A stretch of 40,076 nucleotides of DNA, from assembly GCA_018066825.1 (NCBI GenBank), contig JAGPVU010000097.1, forward strand, positions 1 through 40,076, in the 5' to 3' direction. The notes under the pieces were generated by a model. That model was not told the DNA's origin, did not search any database, and was given only the letters and a program-made list of their open reading frames with translations. The position numbers were made by a program, and so were the translations under genes. This stretch comes from Cycloclasticus sp. (GTDB lineage: Bacteria > Pseudomonadota > Gammaproteobacteria > Methylococcales > Cycloclasticaceae). Positions 12,095-23,174 of this stretch are shown piece after piece (within the stretch, counting starts at the first letter, position 1; each line of letters begins with the position of its first letter).

Positions 12095-13180
12095 TTATTT
12101 AATGACAATATTCGGAATTTTACCGCTAAAATCTTTTGCTTTAACCGATAACGAGGCAGCTAACTGTCTAGCCATACCCCGATAAATAGCAGAAATTTGG
12201 CTATCAGGATCTGCTGCAACCGTCGGTATACCGTTATCCACACTGGTTCGAATCGATAAATCCAGAGGCAAGGCGCCCAAAAATTCTACACCGTATTCTT
12301 TCGCCATCGCTTCACCGCCGCCTTGACCAAAAATGGCTTCTTCGTGACCGCAATTTGAACATATATGTAGACTCATATTTTCGATCAGACCCAACACTGG
12401 AATATCGACCTTTTCAAACATTTTTAAGCCTTTTTTGGCGTCAATCAAGGCAATATCCTGGGGCGTCGTTACAATAACTGAACCGGTAACCGGCACCGTT
12501 TGCGCCAAGGTTAGGTGAATATCACCCGTACCCGGCGGCATATCAATAATCAAGTAGTCAAGTTCATCCCAGTTGGTATCATTTAATAACTGGCCTAAGG
12601 CTTGAGTGACCATTGGGCCACGTAAAATCATCGGTGTATCTTGATCCACTAAAAACCCAACCGACATCACTTGCAGGCCGTGTCCTTCCATGGGTTGAAT
12701 ACTTCTGCCATCGGGTGAACTTGGACGGCCGGTAATACCCAGCATGGTCGGTTGGCTGGGGCCATAAATATCCGCGTCTAGGATGCCAACACGCGCCCCT
12801 TCGGCGAGCAGTGCTAGGGCCAGGTTAACAGCCGTTGTTGATTTACCAACACCGCCTTTACCCGATGCCACCGCGATCATATTCTTTACACCGTTTCTTG
12901 GTTTAACGCCTTTTTGTACTGCGTGTGGTTTAATTTGCCAGCTAACGGTCACATCAACGCTTTTTACGCCCTCAAGTTGTTGCAAATGCGCGCTAATATC
13001 AGCCGCCAACTGGTCTTTAATGCCCGCAGCAGGATAGCCTGTTACCACCTCAAGCTTGAGCTCACCGTTCACCAGCGTCAAATTTTTCAACGCTTTAGCG
13101 GTCAAAATGCTTTTTCCCGTTAGCGGATCAATAAACGCCTTTAATTGATTTTCTATGTCGGTAACAGACAACTCACTCAT
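12095..13180 (-). CDS. apbC: Iron-sulfur cluster carrier ApbC / Mrp ATPase
   Basis: SGKGGVGKST, DADIYGPS, DMPPGTGD, ENMS..CxxC; start at ATG 13180 after GGAG. Confidence 0.95.
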   Translation of the reverse strand: MSELSVTDIENQLKAFIDPLTGKSILTAKALKNLTLVNGELKLEVVTGYPAAGIKDQLAADISAHLQQLEGVKSVDVTVSWQIKPHAVQKGVKPRNGVKNMIAVASGKGGVGKSTTAVNLALALLAEGARVGILDADIYGPSQPTMLGITGRPSSPDGRSIQPMEGHGLQVMSVGFLVDQDTPMILRGPMVTQALGQLLNDTNWDELDYLIIDMPPGTGDIHLTLAQTVPVTGSVIVTTPQDIALIDAKKGLKMFEKVDIPVLGLIENMSLHICSNCGHEEAIFGQGGGEAMAKEYGVEFLGALPLDLSIRTSVDNGIPTVAADPDSQISAIYRGMARQLAASLSVKAKDFSGKIPNIVIK

Positions 13181-13409
13181 ACTCACTCCACAAACTGCTT
13201 CACTTAAACGCGTCATTTTATACGTTTCTTACAAGCTTTGCTTAACAAAGGCCCGCCCATCAATTATTAATTGCCATCAAATCGCGTTTTAAATAAACCG
13301 AACACCTAACAGAAATCTTTTTACCTTTTAATCGTTAATAACTTACACATTTAAGCGAATTTTAGTACCATCCAATTCATTCCTAAACTAGTTAATAAGG
13401 ACCTCAGTC

Positions 13410-13589
13410 ATGCAAACCCGTCTAAAAATTATCTCAGCCGTTTTATTTAGTTTTGTTATTCTTACCATCACCGCCTGTTCGCCCGAGGTAGGTAGCGAGC
13501 AATGGTGTAAAGATATGCAGCAAATGCCTAAAGCGGACTGGAGCACCAATCAGTTAACCGACTATGGTAAGCATTGTATTTTCAAGTAA
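13410..13589 (+). CDS. Small DUF3012-type lipoprotein (59 aa, below ORF-track cutoff)
   Basis: Manual translation MQTRLKIISAVLFSFVILTITACSPEVGSEQWCKDMQQMPKADWSTNQLTDYGKHCIFK; AAGGA RBS, lipobox ITAC, C-x-PEVGS-x-x-WC motif. Confidence 0.88.
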   Translation: MQTRLKIISAVLFSFVILTITACSPEVGSEQWCKDMQQMPKADWSTNQLTDYGKHCIFK

Positions 13590-13630
13590 CGACTGCTTTT
13601 ACTACTCCCTAGCTATAACCTCACTAAACA

Positions 13631-13659
13631 AAAAAAGCCCTGCTTAAAGCAGGGCTTTT
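13631..13659. terminator. Bidirectional intrinsic terminator
   Basis: AAAAAAGCCCTGCT-TAA-AGCAGGGCTTTT between convergent genes. Confidence 0.88.
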
Positions 13660-13678
13660 AATCAAAACATCCACCTGG

Positions 13679-14353
13679 TTAGAAGTTGTAATTTATTCCA
13701 ACTTGCAGTACCCACATGTCGTCTAGACTTAAATGATCACCAGAATCCGCATCATCCAAAGTCGACAAGTCTAAATTAACCTTTTCGTCTAAATCCATCC
13801 ATAAAGCTTCTGCTTTAATGCTTACCGCCTCAGTGACTGCATGCTCTACACCTAAACCAAGTGTCCATGCATCTGTGGTAAAGCCTTTCTTATTTGTTTC
13901 ACCACTACCCGGAGATTCTGGTAATTCCACTCGAATTTCAGAATCAATTTCAGCATACCCAGCTGTTAAATAAATCAAGGTATTGTCATTATTGACTAAG
14001 TGCCCTACTTTAGCGCGTATACCCCAATACTCGTCCATTTTGAGCTTATGCCAGTTATTTTCGTCGTCAACGGGAGTTTTTTCATCCAAATCCATCTCTG
14101 AATAACTTACTTCAATACCATACACCATATGACCCTTTTGTAAGTTGTACCCTGCTTGCAACCCATATACCAAATCTCTTCCATCCAGCGTAGATAGGTC
14201 AGCTTCACTACCCGCTGAGTCAAAAATTCCACTCGTATCATTCTTTCCTTCGCCTACGTGAACCCCAATATACCCTCCATTCCAATCAGCAGAATTTGCT
14301 GCCCCAGCGGCCAGAATTGCTCCAGCTACTACTATATTAGCTATTGTTTTCAT
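13679..14353 (-). CDS. Outer-membrane beta-barrel protein (Omp25/RopB-like, OmpA-type barrel)
   Basis: Signal peptide, DWNGGYIGVHVG, GLQAGYN, WTLGLGVEHA, C-terminal VGINYNF. Confidence 0.85.
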   Translation of the reverse strand: MKTIANIVVAGAILAAGAANSADWNGGYIGVHVGEGKNDTSGIFDSAGSEADLSTLDGRDLVYGLQAGYNLQKGHMVYGIEVSYSEMDLDEKTPVDDENNWHKLKMDEYWGIRAKVGHLVNNDNTLIYLTAGYAEIDSEIRVELPESPGSGETNKKGFTTDAWTLGLGVEHAVTEAVSIKAEALWMDLDEKVNLDLSTLDDADSGDHLSLDDMWVLQVGINYNF

Positions 14354-14410
14354 CTTCTCAGTCCTTTGTTTAGTTATTTAATTAATACAGTTCAATAGTA
14401 TATGATTGAA

Positions 14411-14430
14411 TTGTTGTATTAATACAACAA
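14411..14430. promoter_or_regulatory. Perfect 20-bp palindrome, candidate operator upstream of the OMP gene
   Basis: TTGTTGTATT|AATACAACAA, 58 bp upstream of the OMP start. Confidence 0.6.
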
Positions 14431-14619
14431 AATATATGCGCCACTATCAAGCATTTTATTTACAGTATGTTCTTATCTATTTTGAACATATCATTTTCCA
14501 AACAAGTCGTTTATTCGGTAACGCCTTTGCATTTGGTTTTGTGCGATAATAAATTTCAAGTTGTTCTTTTTACAAATAGACCGTTCTTTTCCTTTTAGCT
14601 TTGTATATTCTTTAACCCT

Positions 14620-16656
14620 ATGCCAGATACCCAACGCAAAATTCTCGTCACCAGTGCGCTTCCTTACGCCAATGGCCCAATTCATATTGGCCATCTGGTT
14701 GAATACATTCAAACCGACATTTGGGTGCGTTTTCAAAAACAGCGGGGCCATAGTTGTCATTATATTTGTGCTGACGATGCCCACGGCACGCCTATTATGC
14801 TGAGGGCCCAGCAAGAAGGCATTACGCCTGAACAATTGATTGCCGACACTTGGACGCAACATAACGCCGACTTTGCTGATTTTAATGTAGGTTTTGATAA
14901 TTTTTACAGCACCCACTCTGACGAAACACGCGAGTATGCCGAGCTGATTTACAACCGCTTAAACGAGCGAGGCCACATCCATAGCAAAACAATTACCCAG
15001 GCCTACGACCCGATTAAACAGATGTTTTTACCGGACCGCTTTATTAAGGGCGAGTGCCCAAAATGTGGTGCAGCCGATCAATACGGCGATAATTGCGAGG
15101 TGTGTAGTGCGACCTACTCACCCACTGATTTAATTAACCCAGTATCTGCAATATCCGGTGAAAAACCGATTGAAAAAGATTCCGAACATTACTTCTTTAA
15201 ACTGACTGATTTTGAAGCCATGCTTAAGGAGTGGACTCGCTCAGGACATTTGCAAGACCAAGTCGCCAATAAACTCAGCGAATGGTTTGAAACCGGTCTG
15301 CAAGATTGGGATATCTCCCGTGATGCGCCTTATTTCGGTTTTGAAATCCCCAACGCCCCCGGTAAATACTTTTACGTTTGGCTAGATGCGCCCGTCGGTT
15401 ATATGGGCAGCTTTAAAAACCTGTGTGACCGCTCAGAACTTAATTTTGACGATTATTGGGCCAAAGACAGCAGCGCCGAGCTATATCACTTTATTGGCAA
15501 AGACATTATGTATTTTCACGCGCTATTTTGGCCAGCGATGCTGACCGGCGCTGGATTTAGAACACCGACCGCCATTTTTGCCCATGGCTTTTTAACCGTT
15601 AATGGCGAAAAAATGTCCAAATCACGTGGCACGTTTATCAAAGCCCGAACCTATTTGGATCACTTAAATCCCGAGTACTTGCGTTATTACTTTGCCGCAA
15701 AACTAAGCAACCGTGTTGAGGACATCGACCTTAACTTTGAAGACTTCTGCCAGCGTGTCAATACCGACTTAGTCAATAAAGTGGTCAATATTGCTAGTCG
15801 CTGCAGCGGCTTCATTAGCAAACGTTTTGATGGCAAACTGGCCGCCGAGTGTTCTGAGCCTGCCTTATTTGCAGAATTTGTAAATGCCAGTGACGAGATC
15901 GCCGACTTATACGAAGCACGAGAATACAGCAAAGCCATGCGCGCTATTTCTGCCCTAGCGGATAAAGCCAATCAATACATCGACGAAAAACAACCGTGGG
16001 TACTCGCCAAGCAGGAGGGTAGCGATGCCGAACTCCATGCAGCGTGCAGTGTCGGTATTAATCTATTTTATCTTATTGCCGCTTACTTAAAACCTGTGGT
16101 GCCTGAAATGGTCGCCAAAGCCGAAGCCTTCCTAAACATCGACACGATGGTCTGGCCTACTGGTTGGCTACCGCTATGTGACCATCGCATCAATAAATTT
16201 AAACCCTTATTAACGCGAGTTGATAACGACAAGCTCGCCGCGTTAGTTGAGGCGTCGAAACAAAACTTAGAAAAAACACCTACAACCACCCCAGCTACGG
16301 CTGTAGATAAGCCTAAGGCAGCCGAGCCAGCGCTGATCGATTTTGAGGACTTTGCTAAAATTGACTTGCGCGTAGCCCGCATCGAAAAGGCCGAACACAT
16401 CGAACAAGCCGATAAATTATTGCGCCTCACATTAAGCCTAGGCGATCAACAACGACAAGTACTCGCCGGTATTAAATCAGCCTACACACCGGAACAGCTT
16501 GAAGGCCGATTAACGGTTATTGTCGCCAACCTTAAGCCACGTAAAATGCGCTTTGGTGTGTCTGAAGGCATGGTCTTAGCCGCCGGCCCCGGCGGTAAGG
16601 AAATTTGGCTGTTATCGCCAGACGATGGTGCCACCCCAGGCATGCAAATCAAATAG
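14620..16656 (+). CDS. metG: Methionine--tRNA ligase
   Basis: [13 protein letters not shown], zinc knuckle CPKC/CEVC, KMSKS, C-terminal tRNA-binding domain. Confidence 0.98.
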   Translation: MPDTQRKILVTSALPYANGPIHIGHLVEYIQTDIWVRFQKQRGHSCHYICADDAHGTPIMLRAQQEGITPEQLIADTWTQHNADFADFNVGFDNFYSTHSDETREYAELIYNRLNERGHIHSKTITQAYDPIKQMFLPDRFIKGECPKCGAADQYGDNCEVCSATYSPTDLINPVSAISGEKPIEKDSEHYFFKLTDFEAMLKEWTRSGHLQDQVANKLSEWFETGLQDWDISRDAPYFGFEIPNAPGKYFYVWLDAPVGYMGSFKNLCDRSELNFDDYWAKDSSAELYHFIGKDIMYFHALFWPAMLTGAGFRTPTAIFAHGFLTVNGEKMSKSRGTFIKARTYLDHLNPEYLRYYFAAKLSNRVEDIDLNFEDFCQRVNTDLVNKVVNIASRCSGFISKRFDGKLAAECSEPALFAEFVNASDEIADLYEAREYSKAMRAISALADKANQYIDEKQPWVLAKQEGSDAELHAACSVGINLFYLIAAYLKPVVPEMVAKAEAFLNIDTMVWPTGWLPLCDHRINKFKPLLTRVDNDKLAALVEASKQNLEKTPTTTPATAVDKPKAAEPALIDFEDFAKIDLRVARIEKAEHIEQADKLLRLTLSLGDQQRQVLAGIKSAYTPEQLEGRLTVIVANLKPRKMRFGVSEGMVLAAGPGGKEIWLLSPDDGATPGMQIK

Positions 16657-16835
16657 AAATCAAGCTAACAACAGCCGAAACTGCTCCAAGAATTCAAGCA
16701 GAAAATTGCTCATAAAACCAAGGGGTAACGTGCGTATTGCATAACCTAGGCTTATGGTGAATAATTAATAAAGCTATCAAATAATAATAGCTCTAGATGG
16801 ATCGATAAATCATAAACAACTTACAAGGATTGAAA

Positions 16836-17186
16836 ATGAAAAAGTTATACCTACTTCTATTACTCGCCACATTACCGCTCACCGCTCAAGCAGACGCTGC
16901 TGCGTTTGTCGGCATCAACTACAGCTTTGGCGGCAACTTGGGCATTAGCGTTAAAGCACTATCCGATGACGATGAAAATAATGGCGTTGCCGCGGTTGGC
17001 GTAAGCTATTACCCAATGGCTGCCAATAAATTCGGCATCGATGCAGGGGTTGGCTATGCCTTTGATAGCTATGCGGTGACCGCTGGTTGGGACTTCTTGC
17101 AAAAAGAACCGGTCGTTAGCGTCGGCTATGCAGACACCGATGACGACTCAAGCAAACCTGCACCAATTGTACTTGATAAAGAGTAA
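16836..17186 (+). CDS. Hypothetical secreted beta-strand-rich protein
   Basis: AAGGA RBS, signal peptide ending AQA, alternating amphipathic strands; own terminator. Confidence 0.75.
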   Translation: MKKLYLLLLLATLPLTAQADAAAFVGINYSFGGNLGISVKALSDDDENNGVAAVGVSYYPMAANKFGIDAGVGYAFDSYAVTAGWDFLQKEPVVSVGYADTDDDSSKPAPIVLDKE

Positions 17187-17216
17187 TTCAAATCAAAACA
17201 ATTGCTTTTGTATGTT

Positions 17217-17254
17217 AGAGGGCAATATAGCTTTATAGCTGTATTGCTCTTTTT
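17217..17254 (+). terminator. Intrinsic terminator
   Basis: AGAGGGCAATATAGCT-TTAT-AGCTGTATTGCTCTTTTT. Confidence 0.75.
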
Positions 17255-17334
17255 CCACCCTTTTTTAACGTTGATTAAAAACGCTAATAACCCACCTTTC
17301 AACTTCGTAACAAAAGAGCCCTTTTAAGTCTATT

Positions 17335-17364
17335 AAGGAATAAGTAATTAATTATTTATTCCTT
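17335..17364. promoter_or_regulatory. 30-bp near-perfect palindrome upstream of the rnf operon
   Basis: AAGGAATAAGTAATT|AATTATTTATTCCTT (one mismatch). Confidence 0.5.
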
Positions 17365-17507
17365 TTAATTGTATTAAATTCGTCTCATACTTACGTTAAC
17401 CTAGTAATTATTGCCAGATATTAACGCGTTATTTATGTTCGCCAAGGCAATAAGGATATACTATTCGTTAACCTACTTATTCACGCCGCTTACGCTTACT
17501 TTAAAAA

Positions 17508-18089
17508 ATGTCTGAATACTTACTCATACTCGTCAGCACCATTTTAGTTAATAATTTTGTGTTGGTTAAATTTCTTGGTTTATGCCCCTTTATGGGGGTG
17601 TCTAATAAACTGGAAACGGCGATGGGTATGGGTTTAGCAACAACGTTTGTGCTGACCTTGGCATCCATCTGCAGCTACCTCGCCAACCAATACTTGCTAG
17701 CACCGTTGGGGCTAGAGTTTTTACGCACGATTACTTTTATCGTGGTGATCGCCGTGGTTGTACAAATGACCGAAGCCATCGTGCATAAAACCAGCCCCTT
17801 GTTGTACCAAGTACTTGGCATTTACTTACCCTTGATTACCACCAATTGCGCGGTGCTGGGCGTTGCCCTGCTAAACATTCAAGAAGACCACGGCTTTATT
17901 GAATCGGGCTTATACGGTTTTGGCGCGGCGATTGGTTTTTCTATGGTATTAGTGCTGTTTTCAACCATTCGCGAACGCATTACTGTTTCGGACGTGCCTG
18001 CACCTTTTAAAGGTAACGCCATCGCGCTGATTACTGCCGGCTTGATGTCGGTCGCTTTTATGGGCTTTTCTGGCTTGGTGAAATTTTAG
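17508..18089 (+). CDS. rnfA: Rnf electron transport complex subunit A
   Basis: [23 protein letters not shown]. Confidence 0.97.
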   Translation: MSEYLLILVSTILVNNFVLVKFLGLCPFMGVSNKLETAMGMGLATTFVLTLASICSYLANQYLLAPLGLEFLRTITFIVVIAVVVQMTEAIVHKTSPLLYQVLGIYLPLITTNCAVLGVALLNIQEDHGFIESGLYGFGAAIGFSMVLVLFSTIRERITVSDVPAPFKGNAIALITAGLMSVAFMGFSGLVKF

Positions 18090-18092
18090 ATC

Positions 18093-18641
18093 ATGTCATT
18101 CCTTATTCTTATTGTCCTGTTTGCAGGCCTAGGCATTATTCTCGGCTATGCCGCGATTCGCTTTAAAGTGGAAGGCGACCCCATTGTTGACCAAATCGAC
18201 AAGCTCTTGCCGCAAACGCAGTGCGGTCAATGCAGTTTTCCCGGTTGCCGGCCTTACGCACAAGCGATAGCCAGCGGCGAAGCAGATATTAATCAATGCC
18301 CACCCGGGGGTGAAGCAGGCATCGCCGCTTTGGCCGATTTGCTCGGTGTTGAGGCAAAACCACTTAATGCAGACAACGGCGAAGAAACACCAAAACTGGT
18401 CGCCGTGATCGATGAAAACACCTGCATCGGTTGTAAACTTTGCATCCAAGCCTGTCCGGTCGATGCCATTTTAGGCGCGCCTAAACAAATGCATACCGTT
18501 ATAGCCGCTGAGTGTACTGGTTGCGAACTGTGCCTACCGCCTTGCCCAGTTGAATGCATCACCATGGAACCCGTCGTTAAAACCCTCGCCTTATGGACTT
18601 GGGAAAAACCCGAGAACGCCACGCAAAAGGAGACCTCATGA
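18093..18641 (+). CDS. rnfB: Rnf electron transport complex subunit B
   Basis: [18 protein letters not shown] plus two CxxCxxCxxxCP ferredoxin motifs. Confidence 0.96.
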   Translation: MSFLILIVLFAGLGIILGYAAIRFKVEGDPIVDQIDKLLPQTQCGQCSFPGCRPYAQAIASGEADINQCPPGGEAGIAALADLLGVEAKPLNADNGEETPKLVAVIDENTCIGCKLCIQACPVDAILGAPKQMHTVIAAECTGCELCLPPCPVECITMEPVVKTLALWTWEKPENATQKETS

Positions 18642-20167
18642 AGCTTTGGCGCTTTAATGGTGGCTTACCTTCTTTAGCCGAGCACAAAAACGAGTCGACT
18701 CACCTACCGATTGAAATAGCCCCTGTGCCAAACCACTTGGTTTATCCGTTACGCCAGCATATCGGCAATGCCGCCACTGCATTAGTTAAAGTTGGCGACT
18801 ATGTGCTACGCGGGCAAAAAATCGCCGACGCGCAGGGCCTAATTAGCGCCCCTATTCACGCCGCTAGCTCTGGCACGGTGAGCCAAATTGCCGACCATTT
18901 AATCCCTCATCCCTCTGGTTTTTCTGCACCGTCTATCAGCATAAAAACCGATGGTCTAGATAAGGAATTAGCCCCTAGTAGCCAGCCAGATTTTCGCCAG
19001 TTGTCGGCAGCAGACCTGGTCAGCCTTATCCGCGAAGCCGGTATCGTAGGCTTGGGCGGTGCCGCATTTCCTACCGCTATTAAACTGGATAATCAAAGCA
19101 AGTCTCGGCGGATTGATACCTTAATTCTAAATGGTGCCGAATGTGAACCCTACATCTCCTGCGACGATCGGCTGCTTAAAGAACGTGCCGACAAGGTTAT
19201 TGAAGGGGTCAACGTGCTGCTTCATTTATTGGGCGCAAAGCGCGCTATCTTGGCAATTGAAGACAATGTACCCAGCACCTTTAAAGCCATTCAAACGGCG
19301 GTCGACAAAAACAATAACCCGGTCATTAATGCGGTTCAAATCCCAACGATCTACCCGACCGGCGGTGAAAAACAACTGGTCCAAACCTTAACCGGTAAAG
19401 AAGTACCCAGTGGCGGTATCCCTGCCGACATCGGCATCGTTTCAATCAATGTCGGCACTGTATACGCGGTACAACAAGCGGTTATTGAGGGCAAACCGCT
19501 GACCTCTAGAATTATTACGGTAACCGGCGAAGGGGTCACGACCCCGCGTAACCTTGAAGTACGTATCGGCACACCAATCAGCACCCTGATCGATGTTTGT
19601 AATGGCTATACCCAATATGCCGAGCGTCTGATTATGGGCGGCCCAATGATGGGCTTTGCCTTAATGAACGACGAGATCCCCGTCGTCAAGGCCAGCAACT
19701 GCATTTTAGTGGCCAGCAAACACGAGGCAGTGACCGAAAAACAAGCCATGCCGTGTATCCGTTGCGGCCTCTGCGCGAGCGCCTGCCCAGTCTCCTTATT
19801 ACCGCAACAATTGTATTGGTTTAGCCGCTCTGAGCAATTAGAAAAAGCCGAAAAAATTAACTTATTGGATTGCATCGAATGCGGCTGCTGTGACGTGGTG
19901 TGCCCAAGTCACATCCCCTTGGTACAGCATTTTCGCTACGCAAAAAGCGCGCTTAAAGTACAGCACCACGAAAAACATTTATCCAATATTGCCAGAGAAC
20001 GTTTTGAAGCGCGTGAAGATAGGCTGACAAAAGAAAAAGCCGAGCGTGCCGAAAAGTCCCGCATTAAAAAAGCAGCGTTAAAAGAAAAATCCGCTAAAGA
20101 AACCATAGACGCCGCGATCAACCGCGCCAAAGCGAAAAAACAAAATCCAACCGAAGGTGAGGGCTAG
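18638..20167 (+). CDS. rnfC: Rnf electron transport complex subunit C
   Basis: [30 protein letters not shown] and CIECGCC; start at ATG 18638 after AAGGAG. Confidence 0.96.
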   Translation: MKLWRFNGGLPSLAEHKNESTHLPIEIAPVPNHLVYPLRQHIGNAATALVKVGDYVLRGQKIADAQGLISAPIHAASSGTVSQIADHLIPHPSGFSAPSISIKTDGLDKELAPSSQPDFRQLSAADLVSLIREAGIVGLGGAAFPTAIKLDNQSKSRRIDTLILNGAECEPYISCDDRLLKERADKVIEGVNVLLHLLGAKRAILAIEDNVPSTFKAIQTAVDKNNNPVINAVQIPTIYPTGGEKQLVQTLTGKEVPSGGIPADIGIVSINVGTVYAVQQAVIEGKPLTSRIITVTGEGVTTPRNLEVRIGTPISTLIDVCNGYTQYAERLIMGGPMMGFALMNDEIPVVKASNCILVASKHEAVTEKQAMPCIRCGLCASACPVSLLPQQLYWFSRSEQLEKAEKINLLDCIECGCCDVVCPSHIPLVQHFRYAKSALKVQHHEKHLSNIARERFEAREDRLTKEKAERAEKSRIKKAALKEKSAKETIDAAINRAKAKKQNPTEGEG

Positions 20168-20170
20168 AAC

Positions 20171-21196
20171 GTGCATTTTTTAACTTCTAACGCGCCCTTT
20201 ATCGCGCCACAAAACAGCGTTCAACGGATGATGTTTTGGGTATTAATCGCCTTGCTTCCTGGGGTCATCACCATGATCTGGCAGTTTGGTTATGGGGTGC
20301 TATTTAATATCATTATTTGCCTGACTACGGCCCTCACGGCCGAGGCCCTAATGTTGCGTCTTCGCGGCCGCCCTATCCTGCCGTTTATGTCCGATTTAAG
20401 CGCTGTTGTTACCGCCTTATTATTAGCCCTCGCCTTACCTACACTGGCCCCATGGTGGATTCCCTTTATCGGGGCGCTTATCGCCATCGTTATCGCCAAA
20501 CACTTATATGGTGGTTTAGGCTACAACCCATTTAACCCCGCCATGGTGGCGTTTGCGGTGTTGATGGTGTCGTTCCCTAAAAGCATGACGGTATGGATGT
20601 TGCCACACGCCTTACAAGTCGACAGCGTCACTTTTTCTGATCTAATCTCGATTATATTTCAGCAACAAGCCAACCCCGAGTTGATCGATGCGATCACCGC
20701 GGCCACACCGTTAGACACGATGAAAACGCAGCTCGGTTTAAACCAGACGATCGACGAAATTCGCAGCGCCTCGCTGTTTGGCTCAATCGCCGGGACTGGT
20801 TGGCAATGGGTTTCTATCGCGTTTTTATTAGGCGGCTGCCTACTCTTAGCTAAAAAAATCATCAGCTGGCATATCCCGGCGGGCTTGCTTGCGGGTTTGT
20901 TTGTGATCAGCTTTATCGCCTATATGTCCGAACCGGGGCTAAGCCCCTCACCCACTTTCCACTTACTGAGTGGCGGCGCTATGCTGGGTGCTTTTTTTAT
21001 CGCCACCGACCCGGTAACTGCGGCCACCACCACAAAAGGCCGCTTTATTTATGGCGCGCTAATTGGCGTGTTAACCTATATTATTCGCACCTGGGGCGGT
21101 TACCCCGAAGGCATCGCCTTCGCAGTCATTTTAATAAATATGACGGTGCCGTTAATCGACCATTACACCCAACCACGTGTTTACGGGCATAAATAA
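20171..21196 (+). CDS. rnfD: Rnf electron transport complex subunit D
   Basis: YGGLGYNPFNPAM, TAATPL FMN site, FFIATDP, GGYPEG. Confidence 0.96.
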   Translation: MHFLTSNAPFIAPQNSVQRMMFWVLIALLPGVITMIWQFGYGVLFNIIICLTTALTAEALMLRLRGRPILPFMSDLSAVVTALLLALALPTLAPWWIPFIGALIAIVIAKHLYGGLGYNPFNPAMVAFAVLMVSFPKSMTVWMLPHALQVDSVTFSDLISIIFQQQANPELIDAITAATPLDTMKTQLGLNQTIDEIRSASLFGSIAGTGWQWVSIAFLLGGCLLLAKKIISWHIPAGLLAGLFVISFIAYMSEPGLSPSPTFHLLSGGAMLGAFFIATDPVTAATTTKGRFIYGALIGVLTYIIRTWGGYPEGIAFAVILINMTVPLIDHYTQPRVYGHK

Positions 21197-21197
21197 G

Positions 21198-21836
21198 ATG
21201 GCCTCTAATAAAAAGCTTATTCTTAACGCTGGCTTGGTTCTCGGTCTGTTCTCTTTTATTGGCATCGGCTTGGTCTCGTTCACCTACGCTTTAACCCAGC
21301 AACAAATAGCGGAAAACGAGCGTCTTTTCGTGCTTAAAAATTTACGCGAACTGGTGCCCGAGAATTTACACGACAATGACTTACTAGCTGATAGCCTACA
21401 GCTTAGCGATACCAGCATCTTTAAAAACGAGCGTACGGTCACGCTGTATCGTGCGTTTAAAGGCGAACAATTGGTTGCCGTTATTGCCCAAGTTACTGCG
21501 CCCGATGGTTACAACGGCTCGATTAAACTGTTAATCGCAATTCAAGAAAATGGTCAATTGATGGGCGTTCGAGCTGTCTCTCACCACGAAACGCCAGGTT
21601 TAGGCGATGCGATTGATACCAATAAGAGCGACTGGGTCTTTGCATTTAACGGGCGTTCATTAAGCGACCCCGCCCCAGCTTATTGGAGGGTAAAACGCGA
21701 TGGCGGCGTATTTGATCAATTTACCGGCGCAACCATCACCCCGCGCGCGGTCGTCAAAACGGTATTAAAAACGTTACAATACTACCAAAAACACGAGCAA
21801 ACCTTGAGCCAAACAGCGGCGGTTAGCCATGAATAA
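21198..21836 (+). CDS. rnfG: Rnf electron transport complex subunit G
   Basis: [27 protein letters not shown] site. Confidence 0.96.
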   Translation: MASNKKLILNAGLVLGLFSFIGIGLVSFTYALTQQQIAENERLFVLKNLRELVPENLHDNDLLADSLQLSDTSIFKNERTVTLYRAFKGEQLVAVIAQVTAPDGYNGSIKLLIAIQENGQLMGVRAVSHHETPGLGDAIDTNKSDWVFAFNGRSLSDPAPAYWRVKRDGGVFDQFTGATITPRAVVKTVLKTLQYYQKHEQTLSQTAAVSHE

Positions 21837-22512
21837 CTATCAACAAATTTTTAAAAACGGTCTGTGGGACAACAACCAAGCCTTCGTTGCCCTATTAGGC
21901 TTATGCCCTTTGCTGGCAGTAAGTAACACCGTGATCAACGGTTTTGCCCTAGGTTTAGCCACCACGCTAACACTAATTTTATCAAATTCGGTGGTCTCTT
22001 TAGTACGCAGACAAGTCGGCAGCGAAATACGTTTACCGGTATTTGTGTTGATTATTGCATCGATCGTGACGATTATTGAGCTGATCATGAACGCTTATTT
22101 CTACGAGCTCTACCTTATCTTAGGGATTTTTATCCCCTTGATTGTCACCAATTGTTCCATTATTGGACGTGCAGAGGCGTTTGCTTCTAAAAACCCGTTC
22201 GCCGAGTCTTTTATTGATGGCCTTGCAATGGGCTTAGGCTTTACCAGCGCCTTGGTTATATTAGGTGCTGTGCGTGAGGTGCTGGGCTCTGGCACCTTAT
22301 TCGCAAACGCCCATTTAATGTTTGGCGAGGCTGCAAAAGGCATGACAATAACGGTTATCGGCGACTATGAGGGCTTTTTATTGGCTATCTTGCCACCGGG
22401 TGCTTTTATTGGTTTGGGTTTATTAATTGCGCTAAAAAATGTGATTGATAAACGACTGGCTAAACCCGCCACACAAACCGTCAATCTATCGATGGCTGAA
22501 AAAAAAGCCTGA
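21829..22512 (+). CDS. rnfE: Rnf electron transport complex subunit E
   Basis: [25 protein letters not shown]. Confidence 0.96.
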   Translation: MNNYQQIFKNGLWDNNQAFVALLGLCPLLAVSNTVINGFALGLATTLTLILSNSVVSLVRRQVGSEIRLPVFVLIIASIVTIIELIMNAYFYELYLILGIFIPLIVTNCSIIGRAEAFASKNPFAESFIDGLAMGLGFTSALVILGAVREVLGSGTLFANAHLMFGEAAKGMTITVIGDYEGFLLAILPPGAFIGLGLLIALKNVIDKRLAKPATQTVNLSMAEKKA

Positions 22513-22519
22513 GCGCACC

Positions 22520-23170
22520 ATGAGCAGCTTGCTTTTTTCCCCAACACCCGGCATCAACCGCCCCTATAAAGTTATTATTTTTGTACTAGCCTCTTTGCTG
22601 CTGCACGCCGCACTGGTGACGTATACCTATCAATCGGGGCTTTTAACCGTGGACGATATTGACAGCATCCCTGCCAGAAGCATTAGTGTTTCCTTGCAGG
22701 TGCCGATAGTCAAAGAAATACCCCCTGCACCACCCGAGCCTGTTGAAATAGTACCGATTAAAAAGAAAAAAATCGTCACTCAAGCACCCTCGGTTAAAAA
22801 GGTTGCGGTCAAGCCCAAACCCGTTAAAAAGAAACCTCGCCCCGTTACAGTTAAAAAGCCGGCCGCGTCGCCCTTACCATCGCCAATTAAAAAACCGATT
22901 GTTTTTTCTACCCCACAGCCCAGCTATCAACCTAAGCCTAAATACCCCAGCATCGCTCGGCGTAGAGGGGTAGAGGGCATTGTTATTTTTGAAATTTCGG
23001 TCGCCAATAATGGTCACGTTAACCAAGCTTTTATCATCGAGTCGTCTGGCTCTAGCGCATTGGATAAATCGGCGATGGAAGCGATTAAGACTTGGCGTTT
23101 TCCGCCCAGTCAATTCAACTCGTTAAGCAATTTTAAACAAAAAATTGAATTTCGTTTAAACGCGTATTAA
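22520..23170 (+). CDS. TonB family energy transducer
   Basis: Single TM with SLLLH, Pro/Lys-rich linker, YPSIARRRGVEG and SSG..ALD C-terminal domain. Confidence 0.88.
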   Translation: MSSLLFSPTPGINRPYKVIIFVLASLLLHAALVTYTYQSGLLTVDDIDSIPARSISVSLQVPIVKEIPPAPPEPVEIVPIKKKKIVTQAPSVKKVAVKPKPVKKKPRPVTVKKPAASPLPSPIKKPIVFSTPQPSYQPKPKYPSIARRRGVEGIVIFEISVANNGHVNQAFIIESSGSSALDKSAMEAIKTWRFPPSQFNSLSNFKQKIEFRLNAY

Positions 23171-23174
23171 GCCC

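Noticed and set aside
14491-14916. 141-aa minus-strand ORF and the many other antisense ORFs in the track
   Set aside because: They overlap well-identified genes on the other strand or frame and show no recognisable motifs.
18593-18637. N-terminal extensions given by the ORF track (rnfC; likewise rnfG, TonB, apbC, GlsB, DsbA-like)
   Set aside because: Downstream ATGs have better RBS or operon spacing and match typical family starts.
22730-22930. Repetitive Lys/Pro-coding DNA
   Set aside because: Ordinary TonB periplasmic linker.
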